A DNA stretch of 63,661 nt, counting the filler, from Bacteroidales bacterium (lineage in GTDB: Bacteria > Bacteroidota > Bacteroidia > Bacteroidales > CAIWKO01), in assembly GCA_035389045.1 (NCBI GenBank). It is 3 parts of 3 records of this genome, joined end to end, with 100 filler letters (N's around TTAATTAATTAA, not from the genome) between each part and the next. Parts side by side here need not be neighbours in the genome. Positions count along the whole stretch, not along the records: positions 26,447 to 52,683 come from DAOORA010000065.1; positions 52,784 to 63,661 come from DAOORA010000098.1; 1 more part is not named here. One strand, written 5' to 3'. The translations under genes and the position numbers were made by a program. Position 1 is the stretch's first letter. Each line of letters starts with the position of its first letter. The notes below the pieces were generated by a model. The model had not been told where the DNA came from, searched no databases, and saw only the letters and a list, made by a program, of their open reading frames with translations. Shown piece after piece: positions 51,597-61,000 of the stretch.

Positions 51597-52289
51597 ATGT
51601 TGTCACTGATAAAAAGAATCATCAACAAAATAAAACGGACAGGGAAGGATATTACATTTAATTTACGAAGTGTGTATTTGGGTATGATTCAGGAAAAAGG
51701 CACCGTTCAGGATGTTGAAAACAGGAACTATACAACAATCCTTATCGGTAAACAGGAGTGGATGGCGGAGAACCTCTGTGTGAGTCATTTTCGTAATGGC
51801 GACCTGATAACCTTCATCGATAATGATGATGAATGGCAGCTTGCAGGACAACAGGGCCTTCCGGCATGGAGTTTTTATAAAGACGACCCGGCATCAGAGA
51901 AAAAATTCGGCAAGTTATACAACTGGTATGCAGTTAATGATCCTCGCGGACTGGCGCCGGATGGCTGGCATATACCTTCGGATGGCGATTGGGCGGCCAT
52001 GATATCTTTCCTGGACGGAGAAGAAATAGCAGGTAAAAAGCTGAAAAGCCGCAAAGGATGGAAAAATGAGGGAAATGGTTCGGACAGGAGCGGATTTAAC
52101 GCTTTGCCCGGAGGGTACCGTGATCCTGCGGGGTGGTTCGGGAATGGAGGGTTCGGCCGCTGGTGGTCTTCAACAGAAGCTTCGGAAGACAAAGCCTGGC
52201 GGTTCAGGATGGGCTTTGATAATGGGATCATTAACCGGTTTGATGGCCCTAAAGGATATGGTTTTTCGATACGCTGTGTCAGGAATTGA
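51597..52289 (+). CDS. FISUMP (Fibrobacter succinogenes major paralogous) domain protein
   Basis: IGKQEWMAENL, GKLYNWYAV, LAPDGWHIPS, SGFNALPGGYR, WWSSTE, GFSIRCVRN. Confidence 0.9.
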   Translation: MLSLIKRIINKIKRTGKDITFNLRSVYLGMIQEKGTVQDVENRNYTTILIGKQEWMAENLCVSHFRNGDLITFIDNDDEWQLAGQQGLPAWSFYKDDPASEKKFGKLYNWYAVNDPRGLAPDGWHIPSDGDWAAMISFLDGEEIAGKKLKSRKGWKNEGNGSDRSGFNALPGGYRDPAGWFGNGGFGRWWSSTEASEDKAWRFRMGFDNGIINRFDGPKGYGFSIRCVRN

Positions 52290-52303
52290 TGGTAAACTGG
52301 TGT

Positions 52304-52400
52304 TGAAAGTGGCAGTACGTCGGCTTTGCGGGAGCTCCTGCGGAGCGCGAGAGTAATACGCTGCCAACAGTTATACTGCCATTACTGCCCAAAAGTTGTT
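52304..52400. repeat. Second copy of the element at 31280-31380
   Basis: tgaaagtg...gcgggagctcctgcggagcgcga...cgctgcc..cag...ctgccattactgccc. Confidence 0.65.
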
Positions 52401-52474
52401 CTGATAACCGTGAATAAGGCTGTTGTAGAAAAAATGTGTATTTTTGCGGGGAGTCAAGAAAAAATCTGTATATA

Positions 52475-52683
52475 ATGAAAAAATTAATACTTATAGGCGC
52501 CCGGGGTTATGGAAGAGTAATATACAACCTGGCCATATCATGCAAAGGATATAATACCGAATATACGATCAAAGGCTTTCTGGATGATAAACGGGATGCC
52601 CTGGATGAATTTGACGGTTATCCCCCGGTCATTGCTTCTGTTGAAGACTACCAGGTGCAGCAGGACGATGTTTTTGTCTGTGC
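52475..52683 (+). CDS. NeuD/PglD-like sugar acyltransferase, N-terminal part (truncated by contig end)
   Basis: MKKLILIGARGYGR...IKGFLDD... Confidence 0.8.
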
Positions 52684-52783
52684 NNNNNNNNNNNNNNNNN
52701 NNNNNNNNNNNNNNNNNNNNNNNNNNNTTAATTAATTAANNNNNNNNNNNNNNNNNNNNNNNNNNNNNNNNNNNNNNNNNNNN
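52684..52783. other. Artificial contig linker
   Basis: N-run, TTAATTAATTAA, N-run. Confidence 0.97.
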
Positions 52784-52785
52784 TA

Positions 52786-55700
52786 GAAACTTCATACAAC
52801 CCGGTAACGATCACCGGTGTAACACAATCTCCTGCTGCTACCGTATGGACAAACCAATCCGCGAATATCACCGTTACGCTCAGCGGCGCTAAAAATGCCA
52901 ATGAGAAAGTCTTCGTAAGATATACCACAAATAACTGGACTAATTCCTCTTTTGTCGAAATCACCTCTTTCAACGGGAGCCATCAGGGTACGGCGACCAT
53001 TCCCGGACAGACATCCGGCACTTCGGTTTCCTATTATGCCCTCACCACCATTGATGCGACGCCCGATGCGTCGGACATTGACTACCTGACGCTGAACCTG
53101 AACAATAACAGCAACAATAATTATTCATACACCGTAAGCGCGTTATGGTGTAACCTGCAATGGCCGGAAAACGGAGCTATTAATCCCGGCAGCACTTTTG
53201 ATGTGTATGCGCAGATCTATGCGCAGGGAGTCACAGAGGCTGCAGGACAAGGAGCGGGTATTACAGCATGGATAGGTTATAACACATCAGATACCGATCC
53301 CGCCACCTGGACAAACTGGATCCCGGCATCATACTATGGAGATGCCGGAAATAATGATGAATATTTTGCAAATATAGGAAGTTCGCTGTCTGCAGGTCAA
53401 TATTATTACGCCAGCCGTTTTCAGGAAGGCAGCGGACCGTATTATTACGGCGGATATCATTCCGGAACGGGAGGCTTCTGGGACGGATCAGCCAATGTTT
53501 CCGGTGTACTTACCGTAAGGGAAATAACATGGTGTAACCTTCAGTCACCATCGGGTGGCACCATAATCACCGGAGGAACTTTCGATGTGTATGCCCGGGT
53601 GTACGCTGCAGGGGTGACCGATGCAGCAGGACAGGGATCCGGCATTCAGGCATGGATCGGTTACAGCACCAACGATACCGATCCTTCCACCTGGACAAAC
53701 TGGGTTGTGGCGTCGTATTATTCGGATGCCGGAAACAACGATGAATATAAGGTAAATATTGGAACTTCGCTGCCTGCAGGTACCTATTACTATGCCAGCC
53801 GTTTTCAGCTGGGCAACGGCACTTATCGCTACGGGGGCTATAATTCCGGTTACTGGGACGGGGGAACCAGTGTATCCGGCGTGCTGACCGTGAATGACAT
53901 CAGTATCAACTGGTGCAATCTGCAGGGCCCCGAAACCGGAGGATGCAATCCAGGAGGCACTTACATGGTATACTCCCGTATTTATGCTCAAGGTCTTACT
54001 GATGTGATATCAGGACAGGCGCCGGGGATCCAGGCATGGATCGGTTACAGCACCAGCAACACCAATCCCTCCACATGGACAAACTGGATCGCTTCACAAT
54101 ACTTTGGTGAAGTGAACAGCGGAAACAATGATGAATACCAGACCAACATCGGCACTGCCCTTCCCGCAGGACATTATTACTATGCCAGCCGTTTTCAGCT
54201 GGGCACCGGGACATATGTTTATGGCGGTTACAATGCCGGAGGCGGCGGTTTCTGGGACGGATCCGCCAATGTCTCAGGCGAATTGACCGTTGGCGTCATA
54301 CCCTCGGTATCACTTCAGAATGTTGTTGCCGGAACCGGAACCGTATCGGTGAATTTATACATGAACGACTTTTCAAACCTGATAAGCGGGTTCGGGTGGA
54401 CAATCGAATATGATTACGGAGACCTCTTTTTCCTCAATGCAAGTGATTGGGCAGCCGGTGTAAATCCTGTCGATGTTGATATTACCGAAGACATTCCCGG
54501 CAGCCTGGCTTTTGTTGGTTCTTTTTTCCCGTCGGTAACTGTTGAAGGAAAATTATGCCAGCTGAATTTTACTTATAGTTCAGCAGCACTTGAAAACCTT
54601 ATGTTTACCGGGTCCCAGGCATCGCTTATGGTGGGAGATGACAACAGCAATGAATACCTCCTGGTATCCTGGATCGACGGGACTATCGGCCCCTGCAACG
54701 GCGTAACCAACCTGTGGACAGGCGCTTCCGGTGCCAACTGGGATGTGGCAGGAAACTGGTCGTGCGGTACCGTGCCGGTAAATTCCACCGATGTTGTCAT
54801 TCCGGATGTGGCTAATCAACCGGTTGTGAGTTCTGTAAATACTTCCGTATGCCGCAGTGTCACCATTGAAGAAGATGCTTCTTTAACAGTAAACAGCGGC
54901 AGCGACCTGGCAGTTTACGGCAACTGGATCAATGCCGGACAAACCACCGTAGGAGCCGGAAAAATTACCCTTATGGGCAGCTCGCCACAAACAGTGACCG
55001 GCACAACATCTTTCAGGGATCTTACCATAAACAATGCTAATGGTGTAAACCTGAATGACCCCACACAGGTTTCCGGGGTTTTGACACTTTCTCAGGGCAC
55101 CCTGGCCGGTAACGGCAATCTGACACTCACATCCGATGCCAGCGGAACCGCCCTGATAGCAAGCTCTGGATCAGGAACTGTGACGGGTAACGTCACCATG
55201 CAGCGTTATATACCCATCAGGTTAGGCTATCATTATTTTTCTTCACCCTTCAACGGGGCATCCATACATGAAATGGATACAGAACTGGGGGGAACCCTGA
55301 TAACCGGAAATCCATACATTGGAAATGATACGACACAGACTGTGACCCCTTTCCCGAACTTCTTTATGTATAATGAAACTATGGGACCTACTATGTCTAT
55401 CGGATGGACCGGAGCCGGCTCCACACTTGAGACCATGAGAGGTTATTGTGTGAATTTAGGTGCCTCATCTGCACCATTAACAGCTGATATCAGCGGAACG
55501 GTAAATAACGGGCCATATAGTTACAATCTCACAAAAACGGCAACAGGCAATACGTATGCCGACGGGTGGAACCTGGTGGGCAACCCGTATCCGTCGCCGA
55601 TCGACTGGAATGCCTTAAGTGGCTGGAATAAATCAAATATTGTTAACAGCGTTTACTTTTTTAATCCAACCACCCAGTATACCGGGACGTACAGTTCGTA

Positions 55701-56541
55701 TGCCGGAGGTATTGGTGTCCCCGGAGATATCAATGGAATAATTCCTGCAATGCAGGGATTCTTTGTAAAAGCAACCGGCAGCGGACCTTTCAGTGTCACG
55801 AATGACGTGAGAATATCGGAGTTAAATCCTGTATTTCATAAATCAACGGCAAATACAACCTTATTAAGGCTTAAAGGGTACCCCACAGCAAACGAGCCTT
55901 CGGGGGATGAAACGGTGATTTATTTTGACCCTCAGGCGAGCTACCTGTTTGACAGTGATCTGGATGCTTTTAAGATGATGAACAGCGACCAGATACACCC
56001 GAATATTTTCACCAGAGACAGCTCTGTATATTCCTTATCAATAAATTCATTGCCGCCGCTCTCCAACATGGATGTGGTGATACCTCTCGGCTTTATGACC
56101 AAAACAAACGGGAGTTTCACTATCACGGCAACAGAAATACTTAACTTTGACTCTCAGGTACATATATATCTGCAGGACAACCAGAATATCACAAGCCAGG
56201 ACCTGACGGCCAATCCTGAATATACCTTTAACATCAATGCCAATGATCCCTTATACCGTTTTTTCATCAGGTTCTCGCCTTCGGTCATAACAGGCATATC
56301 TGATAATAGCGCAAATGTTGCTGATGCATGGGCTTCGGGCAGGGATATTTATGTTAATTATAGTAACTCTGTAAACCAAAATGCTGATATCATCATTTAT
56401 GATATCCTTGGACAGGAAATCATAAAAACCAAAATGACGGCTAACATTATTACTCATTTCAGAATGGAAAAACCGGGATGTTTTATTGTTAATGTTGTTA
56501 ATGGCTCTGTAAACTTTCAGAAAAAAGTTATAATTTTATGA
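52786..56541 (+). CDS. Large T9SS-secreted multidomain protein, 5' end lost at contig edge
   Basis: Frame is open from the gap (ETSYNPVTITG...) through the GTG at 53203; three ~127-aa WCNLQ...GNNDEY...YYYASRFQ repeats; cohesin-like segment; WTGA...WDVAGNWS; GWNLVGNPYPSPIDW; C-terminal IYDILGQ...KKVIIL. Confidence 0.85.
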   Translation, partial: ETSYNPVTITGVTQSPAATVWTNQSANITVTLSGAKNANEKVFVRYTTNNWTNSSFVEITSFNGSHQGTATIPGQTSGTSVSYYALTTIDATPDASDIDYLTLNLNNNSNNNYSYTVSALWCNLQWPENGAINPGSTFDVYAQIYAQGVTEAAGQGAGITAWIGYNTSDTDPATWTNWIPASYYGDAGNNDEYFANIGSSLSAGQYYYASRFQEGSGPYYYGGYHSGTGGFWDGSANVSGVLTVREITWCNLQSPSGGTIITGGTFDVYARVYAAGVTDAAGQGSGIQAWIGYSTNDTDPSTWTNWVVASYYSDAGNNDEYKVNIGTSLPAGTYYYASRFQLGNGTYRYGGYNSGYWDGGTSVSGVLTVNDISINWCNLQGPETGGCNPGGTYMVYSRIYAQGLTDVISGQAPGIQAWIGYSTSNTNPSTWTNWIASQYFGEVNSGNNDEYQTNIGTALPAGHYYYASRFQLGTGTYVYGGYNAGGGGFWDGSANVSGELTVGVIPSVSLQNVVAGTGTVSVNLYMNDFSNLISGFGWTIEYDYGDLFFLNASDWAAGVNPVDVDITEDIPGSLAFVGSFFPSVTVEGKLCQLNFTYSSAALENLMFTGSQASLMVGDDNSNEYLLVSWIDGTIGPCNGVTNLWTGASGANWDVAGNWSCGTVPVNSTDVVIPDVANQPVVSSVNTSVCRSVTIEEDASLTVNSGSDLAVYGNWINAGQTTVGAGKITLMGSSPQTVTGTTSFRDLTINNANGVNLNDPTQVSGVLTLSQGTLAGNGNLTLTSDASGTALIASSGSGTVTGNVTMQRYIPIRLGYHYFSSPFNGASIHEMDTELGGTLITGNPYIGNDTTQTVTPFPNFFMYNETMGPTMSIGWTGAGSTLETMRGYCVNLGASSAPLTADISGTVNNGPYSYNLTKTATGNTYADGWNLVGNPYPSPIDWNALSGWNKSNIVNSVYFFNPTTQYTGTYSSYAGGIGVPGDINGIIPAMQGFFVKATGSGPFSVTNDVRISELNPVFHKSTANTTLLRLKGYPTANEPSGDETVIYFDPQASYLFDSDLDAFKMMNSDQIHPNIFTRDSSVYSLSINSLPPLSNMDVVIPLGFMTKTNGSFTITATEILNFDSQVHIYLQDNQNITSQDLTANPEYTFNINANDPLYRFFIRFSPSVITGISDNSANVADAWASGRDIYVNYSNSVNQNADIIIYDILGQEIIKTKMTANIITHFRMEKPGCFIVNVVNGSVNFQKKVIIL

Positions 56542-56606
56542 TGTATTTGATTATTGACATACTTTTATATGATTTTTCATAATATGTATTTTAAAACAAT
56601 TATACG

Positions 56607-56792
56607 ATGAGAGAAATAAATAAAAAATTTCTTTTGGTGTTATGTTTTTTAACAATACCATTTTTTATCAGTAATGTAATAGCACAACCTCCGCCTCCGG
56701 ATCCTAATGCCGTTCCGGTTCACGGACTTGGAATATTAGCGGTCCTTGGAATTGTTTATGGAGTAGTGAAACTGAGAAAGAAAAATAAATGA
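56607..56792 (+). CDS. Microprotein with signal peptide and PID-CTERM-like sorting signal
   Basis: Signal peptide to VIA|Q, PPPPDPNA, VPVHG, TM helix, basic tail KLRKKNK. Confidence 0.68.
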   Translation: MREINKKFLLVLCFLTIPFFISNVIAQPPPPDPNAVPVHGLGILAVLGIVYGVVKLRKKNK

Positions 56793-57068
56793 TTAAGATC
56801 GTTCATAATTCAGTAAACTGTTGTGATTCACAAAACAGATACAGTTATTTTGAACAATTAAACTTCATAAAGCATTAAACACAAACTGGAAAAGTGAAAG
56901 AAAAAAGTTTCTGTAATCACTATAATTAAAAGTTATTATAATAAAAACACAATAAATAACGCGGATTCCTTTTCCATTAAATCATGGCAGCAAGTTTTAT
57001 ATAGAAGTTTTCGTTTTGTTTAAAGGGTGCAGTATCAGTGATTGTCATTTGCGCAGAAAAAAAGACTA

Positions 57069-57986
57069 ATGAAAAGTCAGATCAGAATATCAATACTATT
57101 TCTTTTCCTTGTTTTTTGTCTTATACAAGCATCCTTCGCATTGATAAATACACCTGACGTGAAATTTTTCGCTGCACGGGGCGCAAAGAAAAACATTTTT
57201 CATATCAGCCTGAACCTGGGTTTCACCTCATATTACGGAGATCTGGCCAATACCAATCTCAACGCTCCTTTTTATCAGCGTTACGGCATTCAGGTCAATG
57301 CAGAAAGGGATATTTTTCAGGCCACACGCCTTTGCGTAAATTTTTTTGGCGGGAATATCCTGGGTGATGAAAAATCAGAGGCACGTACGCTGAATTTCAG
57401 GTCCAATGTGCTTGCGCCACAGCTCGGATTATCATTTAACTTTCTATATTGGGCAGGGGGCGGCAATCTGCGCGAACATTTTTCCATGTACCTGTTTGCC
57501 GGTGTGGAAGCTGTGTTTTTCAGGGTTGCCGGCGATCTGAAGAATTCATCCAATGAAACATATCATTACTGGTCCGACGGCAGTATCCGCAACATGCCGG
57601 AAACCGCTGCCCACCAAAATGATGCAGCCGAAATTAAAAGAGATTATATTTACGAAACCAATTACCACAACCTCGATTTTGATAATTTCGGCAATGTACC
57701 CCGTTCCGGACTGGGACTGCCGCTCGGGCTGTCGGCGGAAATGAAATTCGGTAATTTCGGCATACGGGTGGGGGCTGTGTATCATTATACATTAACAGAT
57801 CATCTTGACAATATCACCTCAAAAAGCATCGGAAACCGTAAGGGAAACAGCGGAACTGATAAATACCTTTTCACTTATGCCGGCCTTGCTTACACCCTGC
57901 CATTCGCATCAAGATCAGGTGGTTACAACACAAAAAAGATCAATACAAAACCGCTCTATAAGAAAAAACATTATATTAAAACATAA
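57069..57986 (+). CDS. Outer-membrane beta-barrel protein (DUF6089-like)
   Basis: Signal peptide, GFTSYYGDL, LNFRS, LPLGL, YTLTDHLDN, DKYLFTYAGLAY amphipathic strands. Confidence 0.62.
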   Translation: MKSQIRISILFLFLVFCLIQASFALINTPDVKFFAARGAKKNIFHISLNLGFTSYYGDLANTNLNAPFYQRYGIQVNAERDIFQATRLCVNFFGGNILGDEKSEARTLNFRSNVLAPQLGLSFNFLYWAGGGNLREHFSMYLFAGVEAVFFRVAGDLKNSSNETYHYWSDGSIRNMPETAAHQNDAAEIKRDYIYETNYHNLDFDNFGNVPRSGLGLPLGLSAEMKFGNFGIRVGAVYHYTLTDHLDNITSKSIGNRKGNSGTDKYLFTYAGLAYTLPFASRSGGYNTKKINTKPLYKKKHYIKT

Positions 57987-58002
57987 CTAATACGTAGGCC
58001 CT

Positions 58003-61000
58003 ATGATAAAACTAAAATATACACTAATAGCCATCTGCTTCACGCTCATGACCAATGCTGCATTTCCGCAGGGTGTGATCATTCCCACAGGCAATACCCA
58101 GGCTGATTTTCTGAAAGCCTACAAACTTGTCTTTGAAAAGTGCGACCAGGATTTCCGTATGGCGGGCAATATGGACAGCCTCCTTTTTCCAAAGTTCGGG
58201 GAATTTTCCGTGTACTGGGCGGATGCAGGAGCCGACAAAGGGAGTTTTGTCCTGCCCCAGGCCCTTCCTGCAGGATATGCCTCTGTTACTGCAAATAGTT
58301 ACACAGCCTATAACTGGCAGGCGGGCGATCATTATGCCCTGCAGTTCAAAAGAGGCCAGAAACCTATCGCATTGTTCCGGAGTTCCATTCTTCAGAACAA
58401 CCTCAGTATTTCATGGGAAAGCATGTATTTCAAAAATTCTTTCGACACCTACCTGTATGACAATATGTACTATTACGTTGATGAACACACCTTCGACAAC
58501 AGCTACCTCTCAGCCAATACAAAACTATTGATCCTGCCTTCGTTCATGATTGACGGAACCAATACCGCCCATTTTATGGACAGTGTAATTTCAGCCTCAC
58601 CCAATATGAAAGCAAAGATCGACACCTTCCTGAGCAAAGGCGGTACTGTTTATGCAGAAGGCAACGCAGTCTATCTCATTGAAAAACTTGGGTTTCTGTC
58701 CCCCGGAGCAGTTAATTTTTCCAGTTTTGTTAATGCAGATCTAAGTACCAACCTGGTTGAGATCAATGTTACAAGTTCTTCCAACCCCATAGGATATACG
58801 ACCAATGCTACAGGAAATTTTCTCTATGCAAGTTCTATCCCTGAAGTAAATCCGGGAAGTGCAGAAGTCGTAGCCCGGCTGTCTGTGAATGCGGCGCCGG
58901 CCATTTTTGTCCTGAAAGGCGCCCAGGCAGGAGGCGGCAGGATCATCTGCAACCTTGGCCTGCCGACTGTGGGCGGCAACAGTGAGATACTGAACGGCAG
59001 CAGACAATTACAATGGACATTTAACACCCTGTTGTATGCACTCTCCAACAATATAGACGTTACCCGTTCCGTGTTCAACGACCTGCCCAACGGAGTAATT
59101 GCCGGTAAAAATGCCATACCTTATGACAAAGTGGATACTTTTGAGGTACGCATAAAAATCCGTAATCTTTCTTCTGCTGCTGTTTCCGGCATTAAGATTA
59201 ACGAAAATATCGGGACATACTTTTCTTTTGTTGATGTTACTACTCCCGGTTCCACATTTACACTTACCGGCAACAATCTTGAGTTTTCCGGGATAAACAT
59301 GCCGGCCTGGTCGGAATCGGTCATTGTCTACCGTCTAAAAACACCGCCCCTCAACTCACAGGTTCATGCCGACATAGATAATTATATTGCCTGGAGTACT
59401 TATATCAATACGTCGGTGAATTCAACACGATATGACGATACCGGCGGCAAACATTTTTATAACAAATACAGGGCTTATGCCGATGTTATGTTCAGCGCCG
59501 ATATTGCCGCTGATGCCGACCTCAACTGGAAGAATTTTCTCGGGATTTTTTATCAGCCGTTCAAGGTTTTTATGATCATGGAAAATAAAGAACGCACCCC
59601 GGCCCAGCAAACTCAATATGTGCAATATATCCCAAAAGATGTTCCTTTTTACTGGGTGGACCATAGCCTGAACATTCCGGTACTTAAGACTCCCGGGGGA
59701 AAGTTTGTTGATGTTTTAAAAGGCAGTAATAATCAGGGTATCCCCGACTATGATATGAGCGACAACGGACATCCGGATGCCTGGCTGGATACCGCCTCTA
59801 TCTACCCCAAAGGATATATCCTTACCGAAGATTCTGTGTACTGGCAAAATCCCTGGCACCGGCTTGCTACCGGCGACTCCGTGCCCTATTTTGAAGATAT
59901 AGACCATGATGGTGTCCGGGCACAGGACCTCAATAATGACGGTATTCCCGAAATTGATGAACCGGGCGACAAGATCAGGGTATGGAAAGTAACTTGGAAT
60001 ATTAACCAGGTGGCTGGCCATCAGGTTTTTGACCCTTATTGTTCTTACGAAATATGGGTCGATCCCCCGGATCTTGTTAAAATGGCTGCCGGCGTCGGGC
60101 ATGTTTACGGATCACTTACTGACTCTGTGCCCGGAATGTTCTATCCTTACTCTCCTGTGCTGAACAATCCGAATCTTACCGACACCTCCTGGACCTACTG
60201 GATGGACAGAGACTCAAATGGCCAGATAAAATGGACACAGCTGATATATCAAAGTATAAACAACTATGAGGGGTATACATTTATTGATACCGCTGCCATT
60301 CATTACCACCTTCTTCCGACAGACAGCTGCGCCGGCACGGTTCCTCAGCCGCACAACGAATTTATTGCGGTGCTGTCAATGGGCGGTGAAGAAATCGACA
60401 TGCAGAATCCCACCCCCTTCCGGTCGAATTACTCAAATATTGATTATAAAACAATATTTAATGAGGCTAAGAAAACACCCATCAGGACCACTTATACCTA
60501 TTATGCCCCGCTTCCTAATCCCCTTCAATTCGAGTACCTCACCAATAATTTTATCATTAAAGATTCATTGAATAACACCTTGCAGACCCTTCCTTCCAAG
60601 GGTAAGGCGTATATTACCTATGACGTGGATGCCTCTACCGAGTATTCGTATTACTGGATAAGAAATGCCGGCCATGATGTGGATTTTAACGACTTGTCGC
60701 TGGCCGCTGAAGGCATTGAGGAGCTTGGCGATGGCGTGTTCGGATACCTTGTATATGATATCCCCAAAGGCTTTTCCGATTATAAAATAACGCTACCTAC
60801 GCTGAACGACGGCAGTTATGATATCAACTCTATTGTTCAGGTTGACGGACAAGCTTATACCCAATGGATATCCAATCCCAACACCCCGGATTCCATCAGC
60901 ATCTGGGAAGATGATTTCCGTTATCACATCCATATTCCCCAGTTGCTCATTCCACCTGCGCTGTGCGACAAAAACGGCGACGGCATTGACGACTGGATCG

